NCBI GenBank assembly: GCA_030141605.1
Contig: JAQGDQ010000305.1
Coordinates: forward strand, 186,001-250,000
From: Tubiluchus corallicola
Taxonomy: Eukaryota; Animalia; Priapulida
DNA length: 64,000 bases
Reading direction: 5' to 3'
The notes below the pieces were generated by a model. The model had not been told where the DNA came from and searched no databases. It worked only from the letters and a program-made list of their open reading frames with translations. The translations under genes were made by a program, and so were the position numbers. Below, in pieces: positions 27,301-39,936 of the stretch (its first letter is position 1; the number at the start of each line of letters is the position of its first letter).

Positions 27301-27943
27301 ATAGTATGGCTGTTTGAATGAGACTAAAGTTCTAATGATTTCAGTGATGTGAGTGATGTGAATTTTTTCTTCTAGACAAAGTGTTTGCTGATGAAGTGCC
27401 ATTTTGCACGGATGAAAGTAGTCCATTGCATGACACGGATTATGCCAATGCTGGGCTTGTTAAACCTGGTGAGTAACAAATAAATTCATTTTTATGTTGT
27501 TCATGACAACAGGTCCATTTTAACAGCATTGTAGGCCCCGGACAAAGCAGTGCACTGGGTACCCTACATACGCAACCACTCACAGTAATAAAAATGTAAA
27601 CGGTCGATAAAATGAAATGTACATTTATTGTATTAGCACCAGTGATGAGCGGATCGGATCGGACCAATATCCGCAAAATTTTTTGTGAACCACACCGGAT
27701 TGAAGATAAGGAATTATGCAGGCCAAATGAAGATAAAAAATTTGGCGGATCGGATCTTTGCTCATTTTAATTTTTGTTAATGTTAATCCACGATAAATAA
27801 CAATGTGCGCATTGTGGGAAGTAAATGTTAGACTGACACTCATCACAAGTACCAAGTTGAAGAACAATGAAATTAGAATAATAATTAGCTTCATTAATCA
27901 TTAAACGATCATACTACTGTACTAGTAGTAGTAGTAGTAGCAG

Positions 27944-27987
<44 letters not shown>

Positions 27988-29540
27988 AAAGCTTTTATAT
28001 TTGCTATTAAAAATACTAATGTTAAAATAAAAAAATAAAATAACAGAGAATATTCCTTCTTACAATTGCAATTAATTAATGAAAATCAGACCAGTGAAAC
28101 CACCCAGTGGACCTACTGCAACAGAGTGCAATATCCACTGATTTAAAATATTTTTGTTTATTTAAACCAAGGTTAGCTAAAAATGCATATTATTATGCGG
28201 ATTTGAATTAAAAACAGCCATGTAAGCAGGATGCGGATCAGGACAGATCGCGGATTTGAATTAATTTAGTAAAGTGTTTGCAGATTGCTGTTAATAGCAA
28301 AATGCGGATTTTTGGCGGACTGCAGATTTCATGTTTGCAGACTAAATTTTTTTGCGAATCGGGAAATTAGTCAGTCCGCTCATCTCTGATTAGTTCTTCC
28401 AACAAAACCAGTATTTTAAACATTAAAAAACATGTTGTACAGCAAAGATTAATCAACACAAATGTTTGAACAATATAACATATAATATAGCATAAACATT
28501 TACTATAGTATAGTATAGTGTATAGTATGGTATGGTATGGTATGGTATGGTATGGTATGGTATGGTATGGTATGGTATAGCATTTATTTATTGACAGCAA
28601 GTCACACATATATAGATTACCATGGTGCTCATGCATTAAGACAGTCCTGCATGACAAGTAAAACCAATTTTTCATACTTTGCTGAATCTGTTTAATTTTT
28701 TTCGTGAAAATATGAAACAGTTTTGCTTATTTTATTTTAAATGTGAATTTTTTCAATTTTAAATTTGTTTTATGTTCACTTAAAATTTGGTACCAAAGTT
28801 GTTTGTGGTATAAGAGTGTATATATTGTGAAATTCAGTAATAGTGATTAATGGAATGTGCTCGTACCAGTGTTGTTTTTGAGTAAGGAAAGTGTTGTGAA
28901 AACACTAACAAAATAATGGTCCAGTAGATTAGTAAATCATTTTATTATTTTTTTAAACTATCACGTACTCTCTTGCTTAGTATGTTAGCATACTCTATGC
29001 TTTATCATGAAATGCCACCACAGTTAGTCATGTTAGCCATGTAGTCATGTTATGGAATTGGTGTAAAACCTGTTAAAAAACTTGAATAATTATTTGTATG
29101 TCTAATTTTCCCCTTTAAGAATTCAGAGTGCATGAATGACAAAAAATTTGGCAATCTTAGAAAGGCAGAAAACAATAAACAATAAAAACAATAAACTACA
29201 GAAGACATTAAGTGACTCTTATAATCCTAGACATTTTGGTTGTAAGCTTGGCCTCATATTCTTGACCTTAACTTTAGATATGGCAATAAATTAAATACAG
29301 TACCATCTTAGCTGCAGTTAATATTCATTTTCAATAGATTTTAGCCAATTAAATTTACTACTTCAGCAGAAGTTTGTATCCTGATATGTGGATTAGTATC
29401 TAATAGCTGGTTTATTACTAAATTTTGAAAAGGTCGAAACCAAATCAAAGTACAAACCAATTAAAAAAAGTTACAAGTTTGAATAAGTAATGAACATTGC
29501 TGTTCGTTAAGTTTGTTAAAATAATGGTTGTTAAAACTCC

Positions 29541-29573
<33 letters not shown>

Positions 29574-32500
29574 TTATTTTTGTACTCAAGTACAATAACA
29601 AAATTATGTACAAGGATTAGTCAATAAATAACAATATAAGTTAAATAAATAAGGTTAGTTAAAAAATATAAATATAATGTATAATACACCAATATATGTG
29701 TGTTGAACACAACACTACTTTGAAAATAAGTGTCATAATAATATAGACCTATAACATATAAACTTATTACCTATAATCAGTTGTATATAAAATTATCTAT
29801 AACATAATATTTTATTATTATTATCATCATCATCATCAGCAGCAGCATTTGTTCGAACATACAGTACGTGCAGTTCAGTTAGTTAGTATACAAATAGACA
29901 GATTAAGAAAAACAAAACCATAAAAAACAACAAAACGTGTTACGCAGTAATTATAAGAACGTAAAATAAGCCTATTCTTAGTACCTATGAGAATTTAATG
30001 CACACCTATATGATATATTATCAATATCACTGCTTCTCTGGAGAAAAAAGAATAATCTTTCCTTTCTAGTGCATAAATTACATCATTTAACAAAGTGCAT
30101 TATTTGTACTTTATGTCATTCAAGTAAATAGTAAAATACAACTAGTTACAACAAATATGAATTAGAACAGAAATTAGCTCTTGTTTTTCGAAAAAAGTTG
30201 TTATTTGTTGTTATTTATTTCGATGCCTTGTATTGTATCCCTGACAAGTGAAGATATTGCAGCTTTTTCATCTAGGTTATAATATTTTTCAGTAATACAA
30301 TACATTAAATGTTTCTAATCATGACAGTTTAAGTTATTATTATGTTTATAAAGTATTAACTGCAAATTGTAGCCAATAATTGACTTCACAGAAAAAATAG
30401 CCTGTCTTGCAATGTGGTTTACTAGAGCATTATTACTTCTTAAACAGGATAAATAAAATTTAGTGAAACATTTTCTCTCGAACTGGCAAAGTGGTTGAAG
30501 TATATCACTGACTTGCAGCAAGATCAATCTATGAGTAGTATTTGGTAAATTACTTAGTTTAGGCACAGCAATATTCCAAGCCGTAATTATTGCCTTAATA
30601 TTGTCATTATCGAGTATCCAGGTCTGGTTGCCATAGAAAGCATGATAATAGGTTCTAAAAATCTTAGATTTTAATTTACTGTTCAAAAATGAGAAGCTGT
30701 TTATCAAGAAATTCACTCTGTAAATGAAATCACTGCTGTTGCTTGAAATATCTTCCGCATCATCAAGATTTGAGGTTAGCGTGTGTCCCAATTTTTACAG
30801 TCCTGCATAAGTTAACAGAGTTCCTGCCAAAAATAACATTGGAGTCGAATTGTTAAGCATGTTACTACATTAAAAAAACATAAAGATTTATTCTTAATCT
30901 TGTTTTTCTGAATGTTTACAAAATTTATATTAAATTCATTTGCATATTGCTCACACATGTTTAACGTAGATTGCATAGCTTCAAGGTTAGGACTTATTAA
31001 ATTCGAAATCGTCTGCATGTGAAATAGCACCACAGCACTTATTTCTTATGGCAGCTAAGTTTAGATTTTGACAGGTTAACTAGCAGGCCAACACCAAACA
31101 AGAGGACAGACATTACAGCTCCCTGTCTTATACCATTGGTAACTGTAACAAATTCAGAATAATAGGCATTATTCCAAGACGCACAAACTTTTTGGTCCGT
31201 GTACATATTTAAAATTATTCGAACGGTAGGTGTTGGAAATTTTCTTAAAATCTATTTCTTAAAGAGTTTACAATAGTGAACTTTGTCAAATGCTTTGGAA
31301 ACATCGAGTAGAGTGTAATATGTTATAGAATTATTATTTAAATAATATTTCACTATTTCCTTTGGAGCAATGGTGCACATACTTGTTCAGATTTTTTCTT
31401 TGAAAGCAAATTGTTGATTCGACATATATAACAGATGTTCAAATTTACGAATAACTAACCAGACAAAAATTTTGCTCAGAGGAGAAGAAAATGCAACACC
31501 ATGACCAGGGGCGTATCAAAACCTTGCGATGCCCTAGGCTGATATATATATATATATCATTTATTTCACAAATTAATGCAATACACAATACAGAGGTGGA
31601 TATAGATAATTAATAACAATAGAAATATATACAAAAAATGATACAATATATACAATGTTGAATTGGTTAGTTAGTAAATGTAAAAGCATGTCATTCAGTT
31701 CATTTTCAAGTGAAACCTTCGATAATTAATTCACATAGATGTAATCAGTGAGATTTCATAACTTAGTTTTTCTTCTGCGGTATAATTTAAGTTCATTTCT
31801 TTACTTTCACAAAAAATTCTGTTTTCTCCTAATGTTGAATGATCATTCAGAATAACAGTATGATAGTTCTGTCCCGCCCATCTCTCTTGTGAATTAATGG
31901 TTTTTTATGTAATGAGCAGATTAAACAATTACTTGTGGTATATTAGAAACACTGTTAACCTAGTGTTTATGTGGTGGTTATTTAATTAGATGTATTTGCA
32001 TAGTGCTTGCATGTTGTATAATACCTTGCACCTGTTCATTATGTGGCACGTGTATAAAAGCTGCTCTCAGTAACTGCCCGTGGTGTGTTCTAAAATGCGC
32101 CCTGTATACGATTATGAAAGTATACACATTTTCCGAGGAGAATAATAATTTTTTCTAAAATGTGACGCACCTCAAGGTTTGGTGCCCTAGGCTGTAGCCT
32201 AGTTGGCCTATTGGTTAATACGCCCCTGTCCAAGACAATTATTGCTGTAGCATAAAGTGCCTCTGCTATCCTGAGGGATTGGAGTTATATAAGAAAATAA
32301 TAAGTTATCAGGTGCAACATTATCATGCGTGATCAGCTGTGTGATCATAGCAGTATTCAAGAAACATATGTCCAGGCATAGAAGTTTGCTGGCATGGAAG
32401 AAATGATCTGAATAAAGTCCTTCTCGGCCATCCCATTTACCATCTTTTGTGCAAAGAATAGCTTTTGTTATGTCATTTACTGTAATTAAAGCAACTGTTC

Positions 32501-35500
32501 TATCATTACTGTATTGTAGATCAAGTAATAACAGTTAAGCACACTGCAAGCCTCTGCGGCAGGGCTTACTTTATTCTACATGGCTGTGGCTGGAGGGGAA
32601 TCTACTGTATTGTTAAGGACAAATCCTCTAAGCTGAGTAGCTAAACCAGCAGAGGCAACTTAGTTATTGATAATGATAATTTTAATATTAAGATTAGCTG
32701 GCTTAATTATATTGGTTGCATATATTTTTTTCCCTCTACAAAACGGCTGTTGGTAATGTGGCATACGATACTTAATGTATTGTGACTGGTGCATTTGTAA
32801 ATTATTTGCGCTAACATTTATGCTCATATATTTCAGATATTGTGTTTTTTGGCGAGGCACTACCATCAAGGTTTTTCCATCTCATGCAGAGTGACTTCCG
32901 GATTTGCGACTTGCTATTAATAATGGGCACTTCTCTGGTGGTACAACCATTTGCATCGCTTGTTGATAGGTGAGATTTCATTAATTGATTGCCACGGGTT
33001 CGCTTACATGAAGACCTTGTGCTTCATCGTCATTGTCAATGTCATCATCATCAATGTTTTAAGTACAGCTATTCCCATCAAATGGGATGTGCCAATGGCA
33101 TACCTCCGAGCAGCTTGATTGCTGGTAAATAGGCGCCATGCCTTGAGGTCATCTTGCCCAACTTCTTTGCAGTAAAAGCTTTTCCTGTTAAACTAGCATA
33201 ACAATTTTGGAAGTGGTTAAACATGACCAGATAGAAAACTAATAATTAGAATAAACAATCAGTGATAAGAATAAATGGAAATATTACATTAAGTGTTGAA
33301 CTATTTGCACTTTTTGTAAGTGAATTAGGATGTGTCTGTGCAGGTTTGTAATTAAGAAATTGGATTGTAGTTCGTAGATATGGGTTCAAATCTATGTTCA
33401 GCCCAAGATTTTCAGATTTCCTTTCTTTCGTCATATTTGGTTTCAATGATTTAACAAAAAGTTGGCATTATAGCAAGTTTGGCATTACATGTATAACTAG
33501 ATGCATTAATGCATACATTTTTATGCTAATATAGACATTTTGTCTTGCTAGAAATTGGGCATTACGTGAAGTTGGCATTATAAAGTGGGATGTTATAACG
33601 AGGTTTGACTGTATGTAACGTGAGATAGTAACTTGTGTCACATTTTCCTTTCTTTCATTTGTTAGGGTTCCTGCGTCAACACCACGCTTGCTTATCAACA
33701 AGGAAAAGGCTGGTCAGGTATTTTCCTAAATTCTATCTCTTCTGAGTTTTATTTACATTAATTTTATTTTTATTTATTTTTTTTATTTATTATTATTATC
33801 ACATTCAGTACAATATAATGACATTAAGCACACAGTGACATCAAAATTATTACATCTACTGTATTAAATTGTTATACCCCATATGTTAATAAAGATGCTT
33901 ATCACCAGTTTGACAATTATCCAAATTAACCAAAGCAATGTTTTAGATGTATGGACACTAAATGGGGTATAAGTCCATTGTTAGTGTTTTAATGTCTGCT
34001 GCATAACAACCAAAATGGCATTTTTATAACCAGCCATGAATTCTCAAATTAGAGTAATACTTGTATTCAACGAATCTATTAAAGATACACTAGCTTCCAT
34101 TAGTTCATAAACTGTTTCTCTAGATGGTAACACGAGTGCTGTAAACAATATTAACATAGCAAATTATGCTATATGCTTTGTGTAATTTGTTAGTGGAACA
34201 GTAAATTTAGCTGTAGCTGATCATCTTAACTGAATTAGCTATATTAGATCTGAATTTAGTAAACTTTTAGAGATGACCATTGTAATTTAAAATGGTAATT
34301 TGAAAACTGTTTCCTTGTAGTCCAAAAGAAGTACCACACATTGCATTACTTTACACATTTTTGTTTAATGCAGTTTTCTGTCATTGAATAACCTGGGTTT
34401 TGCTAAAGTGTCGGTTATAACATTTTCAGAATAGTCCGGTAATGCGACTGTTAGGACTAGAAGAGGGTCTCGATTTTGACTCGGAAACAAATACCAGGTG
34501 TGACCAATATTTTACATTTCAGGTGCATATGCACTAGTTTTTGTATTAATAACGGGTTTATTTTCCTGGTAACTGTGTTTTTCTGATAGTTGTAGTAATA
34601 AATTTATAGTATGTGCACAAGGTTAGTGTGATATTAACTCTGTAATTATAATACTGGTATACCTCGGGTAGACAAGGTATGTGAGACCAAGATCAAGACT
34701 AAGACTGCAACTTTCAAGATCAAAGCCACTACCACAACTTTAACAATCAAGGCAATACCAAGACTAAGATCTATTAATTCAAGACTGAGTTTCCCTAGGT
34801 ATAGATCGTGATCAAGACCAAAAACTATGCTTTCACAGAAAATTGCTTTTAAGTACGTTAAAGCTGGTTTGCAATTTTTTTCCTAAGTTTTTCTGCCAGT
34901 TTTTGGGGCAGTGTAAGCTAATTGATGTGACTAACAAAGCACCCCGTCAATGGCAATGTAATAATCTATGGTGTAATCAATCACTTGATTTTGCTGACTG
35001 GATAAGTTAGAGTTTAGATCTTCCTAGTTTAAATATATTAGTCCTAAAACCTGCATAAATAATGATAATAATAATAAAATAAAAATAAAATAATTAAAAA
35101 GATACAAAAATTATTGTATAATTATGTTACAGTCATACTGTAAATACATAAAGCAAAAATTATTTCCCAAAAAACCAAAAAAAGCCAAGTTTTGTAAAAA
35201 TCGTGCAACTAGTATTATTCTTGAACTTGAAATTTAAATCAATATGCTGTCTGTATCTTTTAATATTTCGGCTTACTGATGGCATTGTACCACAAATTGA
35301 TCTAAATCTAAAAACAATCTAAAAATCTAAATCTAAAAAAGCCGAGTCTTCATTTCCAATATTATGTACCTTACAGTGTACACTGTGATTGCCAAGCTTG
35401 TGCTGCAACTACAAAGTTATTAACTGCAAAATAAATATTTTGTGGTTTAGACTTCATGTTATCGTTCTGACAAGGACTAGTGACAGTTGTTTATTTCGCA

Positions 35501-37037
35501 AGTAGTTTGCCTAACTACCTAATAGCCTACACACAAAATAATCAGAAGTTTTTGAATATGTTATTTGATCGATTATGAAACTCATAGGAAATGGCAAACT
35601 AAAGTTTTTTCTTTTCATCCTTAAAGTACATTTGTGTAAGTACATGTAAGTAACAGTAAATGAAATGATGGAATGATGATGAAATAAATGATTAAATGAA
35701 ACCAACAAAAATGCTGCACCAAATACATAATTTACATTAAGCTACTCTTTTGGCAAAAATGCTATTAGGTAACTTTGTCTAGCGAGTAGTGAAATTAGCT
35801 GTTCTTTGTGTACTGTGTATTAAATCTTGAGACCAGGCCTCAAGACTAAGACCAATACCACTGCATACGAGACCAAGACCAAACTGAAACTGCAGTAATG
35901 AGCTTGAGACCAAGACTGTTCTTGAGTAGCGTATCTCATAATTTAGCTGATGCTATTTGCATAAATTTCGTGCATCATATTGGTGTTGCGATTGCTGAAA
36001 AAGGCTTGCTCTATTCATACAAGTTCAATGTTAGTACTGTATAATAACTGTAATATTTATTTTTCGATCAGTGGCAGCACTCATAGCCTGATATTCAAGT
36101 ATTTGCTTGACTGGATATTAATGCCTTTTTAGAACAAATCTTGTACTTTTCAACTTGTTTGCTTTCATGTGTCACAGCAGAAAATAAGGGTGGTCTTATG
36201 TACTGTAATCTACTTAGGGATGTGTTTTGGGAAGGTGACTGTGACTCTGGATGTATGAAGTTAGCGGAGGCACTTGGCTGGGAGGTGAGTTGTCTCGGGT
36301 TTATTATTAATTTATGTTATTGCTTTTGCACAAAGAAAGTATCTATTAATCAGCATTGTTTTACTGATGTGCCATGTAAATCGTTAGCTTTATCCATTAT
36401 GACATATCTCAGCCAAGGCAAAACCACAATGGAAAATAAATTCCAGAGTTTTTAATGGCATAGATTTAATTCATCTTGATGATTTGGAAAGAGTCCACGG
36501 CTAGGATAGTTAACACTTAAACACGGATTTATTGACTGAAATTTTACAGACTGATTTTTGCTTTATGTTTTGTTTTACAATGTATTTTTGTCTGTTTGTC
36601 TATTTTACAAACTGATTTTTGCTTTATGTTTCATTTTGCAAAGTGTTTTATAATTTGTCTATTTTAGCTACTTTTGTTTAATTTTTGTTTTCATTAGGAT
36701 TAATTTTGCAAACATCTTTAACTTGTCTAATTTAGTACTTTTATCTAGCTTTTGCTTCTAGATTGTATCTAATTTTATAAAGTATTTTGTGATTTACCTG
36801 TTTTAATATATGTGGAGACTTCCACAGTCTATGTATTATAATATTAGTTTTTCTTAAACTGGAATATGATTAGAAAATGATAATAGAGATTAAAAATCTG
36901 AATACTGGACTGCCTGTTTTATTGTATAACATGCTAACCATGATTATGTGATTTGCATCCAGGAAGAACTCAAGAAGTTGTACAAAAGCGGGCAGTGTGA
37001 GAACAAAACTACGGAAGCGGCTTCGTCCTCTAAATAA
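18327..37037 (+). CDS. SIRT2: NAD-dependent deacetylase sirtuin-2 (13 coding exons, ~394 aa)
   Basis: Exons 18327-18426, 21915-22004, 23405-23512, 23674-23715, 24446-24552, 25378-25503, 26357-26480, 27376-27468, 32837-32969, 33666-33717, 34430-34497, 36218-36284, 36963-37037; all GT-AG and in phase (1185 nt). Motifs: [90 protein letters not shown]. Exons 1-2 rest on phase and splice sites only. Confidence 0.93.
18505..21700 (+). mobile_element. Degenerate CR1-clade LINE ORF2 (APE endonuclease + RT) in SIRT2 intron 1
   Basis: Motifs [61 protein letters not shown] and VRPILDYG..W. Stops and frameshifts throughout; RT core largely deleted. Confidence 0.92.
20429..20860 (+). mobile_element. Solo LTR (432 bp) nested in the CR1 LINE
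   Basis: Termini TGTCGGAAAA...TTTTTCGATA, flanked by a 5-bp TSD CATGG (20424-28, 20861-65); internal TATAAAA and AATAAA. Excision restores LINE frame [22 protein letters not shown]. Confidence 0.8.
22400..23135 (+). mobile_element. Old L2/Crack-like LINE 3' fragment with AATAAA-(TTGAA)n tail
   Basis: SAKNLGVI remnant at ~22450. The 3' UTR (gggtggctagactagaagacc...aataaatagaatttgaattgaattg) resembles 25066-25192. Confidence 0.5.
25066..25192 (+). mobile_element. LINE 3' UTR stub, same family as 22988-23135
   Basis: gggtggctgactagataacc...aataaataaattgaattgaattg. Confidence 0.5.
27640..28388. mobile_element. Non-autonomous hAT-type element
   Basis: TIR CAGTGATGAGCGGA / TCCGCTCATCTCTG; 8-bp TSD attagcac/attagttc (6/8); CGGAT subterminal repeats; internal (TAG)n/(CAG)n run. 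Confidence 0.75.
28505..28580 (+). repeat. (TATGG)n/(TATAG)n pentamer run, probably a - strand retroposon tail
   Basis: The run is followed by catttatt (AATAAA on the - strand). Confidence 0.85.
30200..32640 (-). mobile_element. Degenerate non-LTR retrotransposon RT (CR1/L2 group) in SIRT2 intron 8
   Basis: ITPIP...[24 protein letters not shown]-like segment, LGHTL and FYGNQTW...AWN (ORF 30315..30791). Interrupted by the hAT MITE. Confidence 0.85.
31506..32228. mobile_element. hAT-type MITE nested in the RT
   Basis: TIR CAGGGGCGTAT / ATACGCCCCTG; 8-bp TSD accatgac/tccaagac (6/8); RT reading resumes across the insertion. Confidence 0.8.
33470..33620 (-). mobile_element. pogo/Tigger-like MITE end
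   Basis: gttataacgaggtttgactgta equals TA + CAGTCAAACCTCGTTATAAC on the - strand; the other end was not recognised. Confidence 0.5.
34660..35935. mobile_element. Degenerate DNA transposon relic with (CAAGAC)n subterminal repeats
   Basis: Clusters of gagaccaagac/caagactaagac at 34683-34822 and 35829-35917; termini not resolved. Confidence 0.45.
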
Positions 37038-37437
37038 TGATTGTTTAGAGAACCTATATGTACAGCATGATTTAGTCTACAGTAACTTTTCATGTTTTTA
37101 TACATTGCTTCAGATGTTGATCAGAATAGTATATATGTGCATTAGTAAATTAATATTATTACATTAAACGGGTAACAAAAGCTGTTACTCATTTTATTTA
37201 TAGTATTACTAAAGCAAATGCTTTGACGTTTGTCTTGAATGATGTTGGCATAACCTTAATTTTTATTATTTTTTTACTAGAAGTGAGTGCAGCTTTTACT
37301 CTTATAAATGCTGTTTTGTGTCTTGAACTGATTACGATGCACATAGTATCTGTTGTTGTTGCTCTTTTAAGAGGTTAAGTTGTTTTTTCAAAAAGTAAGT
37401 TAGTGTGTGAAGTATGTGTAGAAATAAGGTATGCAGG

Positions 37438-37795
37438 CAGGGTCTGATTACCCTACAGGCTAGTATAGGCTGCAGCCTAGGGTTCTTCATGCTTGGGGAG
37501 GCAAGCTTTGGTAACATTTGGTAAAAAAAATCTGTTTTCACTAAGGCTGTGTTGAAGTATGTGTTAATTTAGTTTGCAATAAATAACCAAATAGTGGTAT
37601 TCCATAAAGAATATTTTTTGATAAACACTAGATAGCTACTTTAGTTTATTTAAAGAATTTGCAATAAGTTTCCTTAAAGCTATGTAAATGGTGCTAAAAT
37701 ACGTCACATGAGTAAAAAATATTCAAGACTGGTAGGGACGAATTAGAGGGTGGCTGTTTTTGAGCGGCCCTAAAAAAACCCATAATCCGGCCCTG
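37438..37795. mobile_element. hAT-type MITE downstream of the SIRT2 stop
   Basis: TIR CAGGGTCTGATTA / TAATCCGGCCCTG; 8-bp TSD tatgcagg/aatgcagg (7/8). Confidence 0.8.
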
Positions 37796-38421
37796 AATGC
37801 AGGCTCTTTTATTTCATATTTAACAGGAAAAATAGCGTATTTTGCATCCTGACTTAACCGTCTCCTTACTACTACAAGAAAAATAGTGATATAGAAATTC
37901 AGATATTCATTTCCATTTTTTCTTTTATATTTTGTGGTCATGTGTAAATGTTTGCCGGACAATTATTAGCAATGACGAGATTTACATCTGAAAGCATGAC
38001 GTGTTGTAAGTGTGAGTTTGGATGCAAGTGGCAATCATACATGATGTTTAATTTGCTTAAAGTGAAGATGTCTGCTAATTATCATGCACAAGGAGGATGA
38101 GTTATTGGCAGTGTGGTATACTGCAATCCATAATCTACTATTCAGCACTCAGTGGCATTTAATACTGAATGATTGTGACAGAACTGAAATCTAGCTCATT
38201 TTCAAAGAAAATCCTCTAAGATGAAAAACTGTGCTGGCTGACTTAGCCTGATTTATATACATTGTGTTTTCCTGCAATGAGACAACTAGTTAGATGCAGC
38301 TGCATGGAACAAAGGGGGTAGAGGCGGTCACAATGTGTGCTCAGCCTTAGGTGTGTCTGAGAAATTTGCTTTCAGGTGGTTTGGTCTGTCACTGCTTCAC
38401 CTAAACGAGGGAGTATGCACT

Positions 38422-38554
38422 TCTTCTTCTTCTCAGCTTTTCCCTATGCAGGGTCACCGTTGTGAATAAGTCGTCTCCATGCATTCCTGTTGTTGACCAT
38501 CTCTACATTTATGTTCTTCTCTCTAAGGTCTCCGTTAATACATTCGAACCATTC
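38422..38554 (-). mobile_element. 5'-truncated RTE-clade LINE stub with (GAA)n tail
   Basis: Encodes WFECINGDLREKNINVEMVNNRNAWRRLIHNGDPA* (RTE-like C-terminus); perfect 19-bp TSD aaacgagggagtatgcact (38403-21, 38555-73). Confidence 0.9.
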
Positions 38555-39547
38555 AAACGAGGGAGTATGCACTGACATCTGAAAATAGCTAACACAATTG
38601 CATACTAGTTCAGTACTTTGCCTTAGTGAATTATCCATGCCTATGATTCCATGAACTAGGCTGTGGTCCCATCACAACAATGTGCATTCCGTAGGCCCTG
38701 CCATTGAGTGACGGATAGTGGATACTGGCTTGCAGAGTATATAAAAAAGCATGGCAAATGAAACTGGCCAAAAACATTGCTACGTGTTTAAATATTCTCT
38801 TCATGTACAAGGGAAGCATGTGGTTATTTTTCCTTATACAGGTGTTTTTGTACAATGAAGTGCAATATGTAATCATAGCATTATCAAAATAATGATGCAA
38901 CATATAAGTGCGTCTAGTTTTTGCACACTGGACTGCTAAGCAACCTGTGTATTGTGTTATCTGGTGCTTGTCAGAAATCAATATTTCACATATTTGACAA
39001 ATGCTTTGTTTCACGATTTATGGACAACCTAGGTGTGTTACTGTAATTACGTAATGTATTTTTCTTTCAATGAACTTCCAATAAATTTGTGCAGTGTCAA
39101 GTACTTGCCAAAAAATTGCGCTTTTATTAATGCTTAACTGTATATTAATAAGTCAGTGTACGTGCACAGCTATATATATTAAAAAGGCAGTATGATTATA
39201 TGATTTCGTGCAGCGTTGCAATATGAGTTTCGTCTGCTGATATGGGCATTGTGATAAATGCATTAGTGCTGCAATTATTATTTTAGTTGTGAAGATTATC
39301 AAAATTGACGTGCTGTATTTTGACATCTTCGCAATTAATATAAGATTTTAATTTGAGTTATTACAATGGCTGAAGTGCTTTCATTGTATAGACATTACTC
39401 AGAGTTTGTTATGTAGTTGCATTAAATGAAGGCTTCAGATTGGCATTGTATGTTGATGCAGTTGTTGTTGTTAATTATGTTGAATGATTAGAATAGATGT
39501 TCTAGCATAAACTAATTTATTCTTGTTAAAAATTTAACAGAAATTGA

Positions 39548-39936
39548 GGGTCATTCATACATAACGATATCAAGTTTTCGGCCAATATATTGATGGACCT
39601 TTTATATTGATGTAAGCTTTTATACATTTTATACTCCTCTGTTCCCAAGGACAGGCAACAACATCACTTATGACTCATCAATTATCACTCATCGTTAATT
39701 AATGGGAAACCATCAATGGATTCTATTGGCATTGGCGGTGGTAGGCCCCAATTCACTAACTCATTCTCGTCGACCCTTGTAGCATCATCTGCTGCTGGCA
39801 CGCATGTGTGAAAAAAGCGCGAAGTCAGATAACGATATCATGACTAAATCGCCTACCTATCTTGTGTTATAATGGCATTATCATGTCTTCTGCCACCTAC
39901 CTACCATAAACTTGATATCGTTATAATAAATGCCAA
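39548..39936. mobile_element. MITE-like element with a perfect 17-bp inverted repeat
   Basis: ataacgatatcaagttt (39561-77) / aaacttgatatcgttat (39908-24); partial internal copy at ~39829. Confidence 0.6.

Noticed and set aside
34683-35917. Short interspersed repeats as a CRISPR-like array
   Set aside because: Eukaryotic intron, irregular hexamer repeats and no cas genes; better explained as transposon subterminal repeats.
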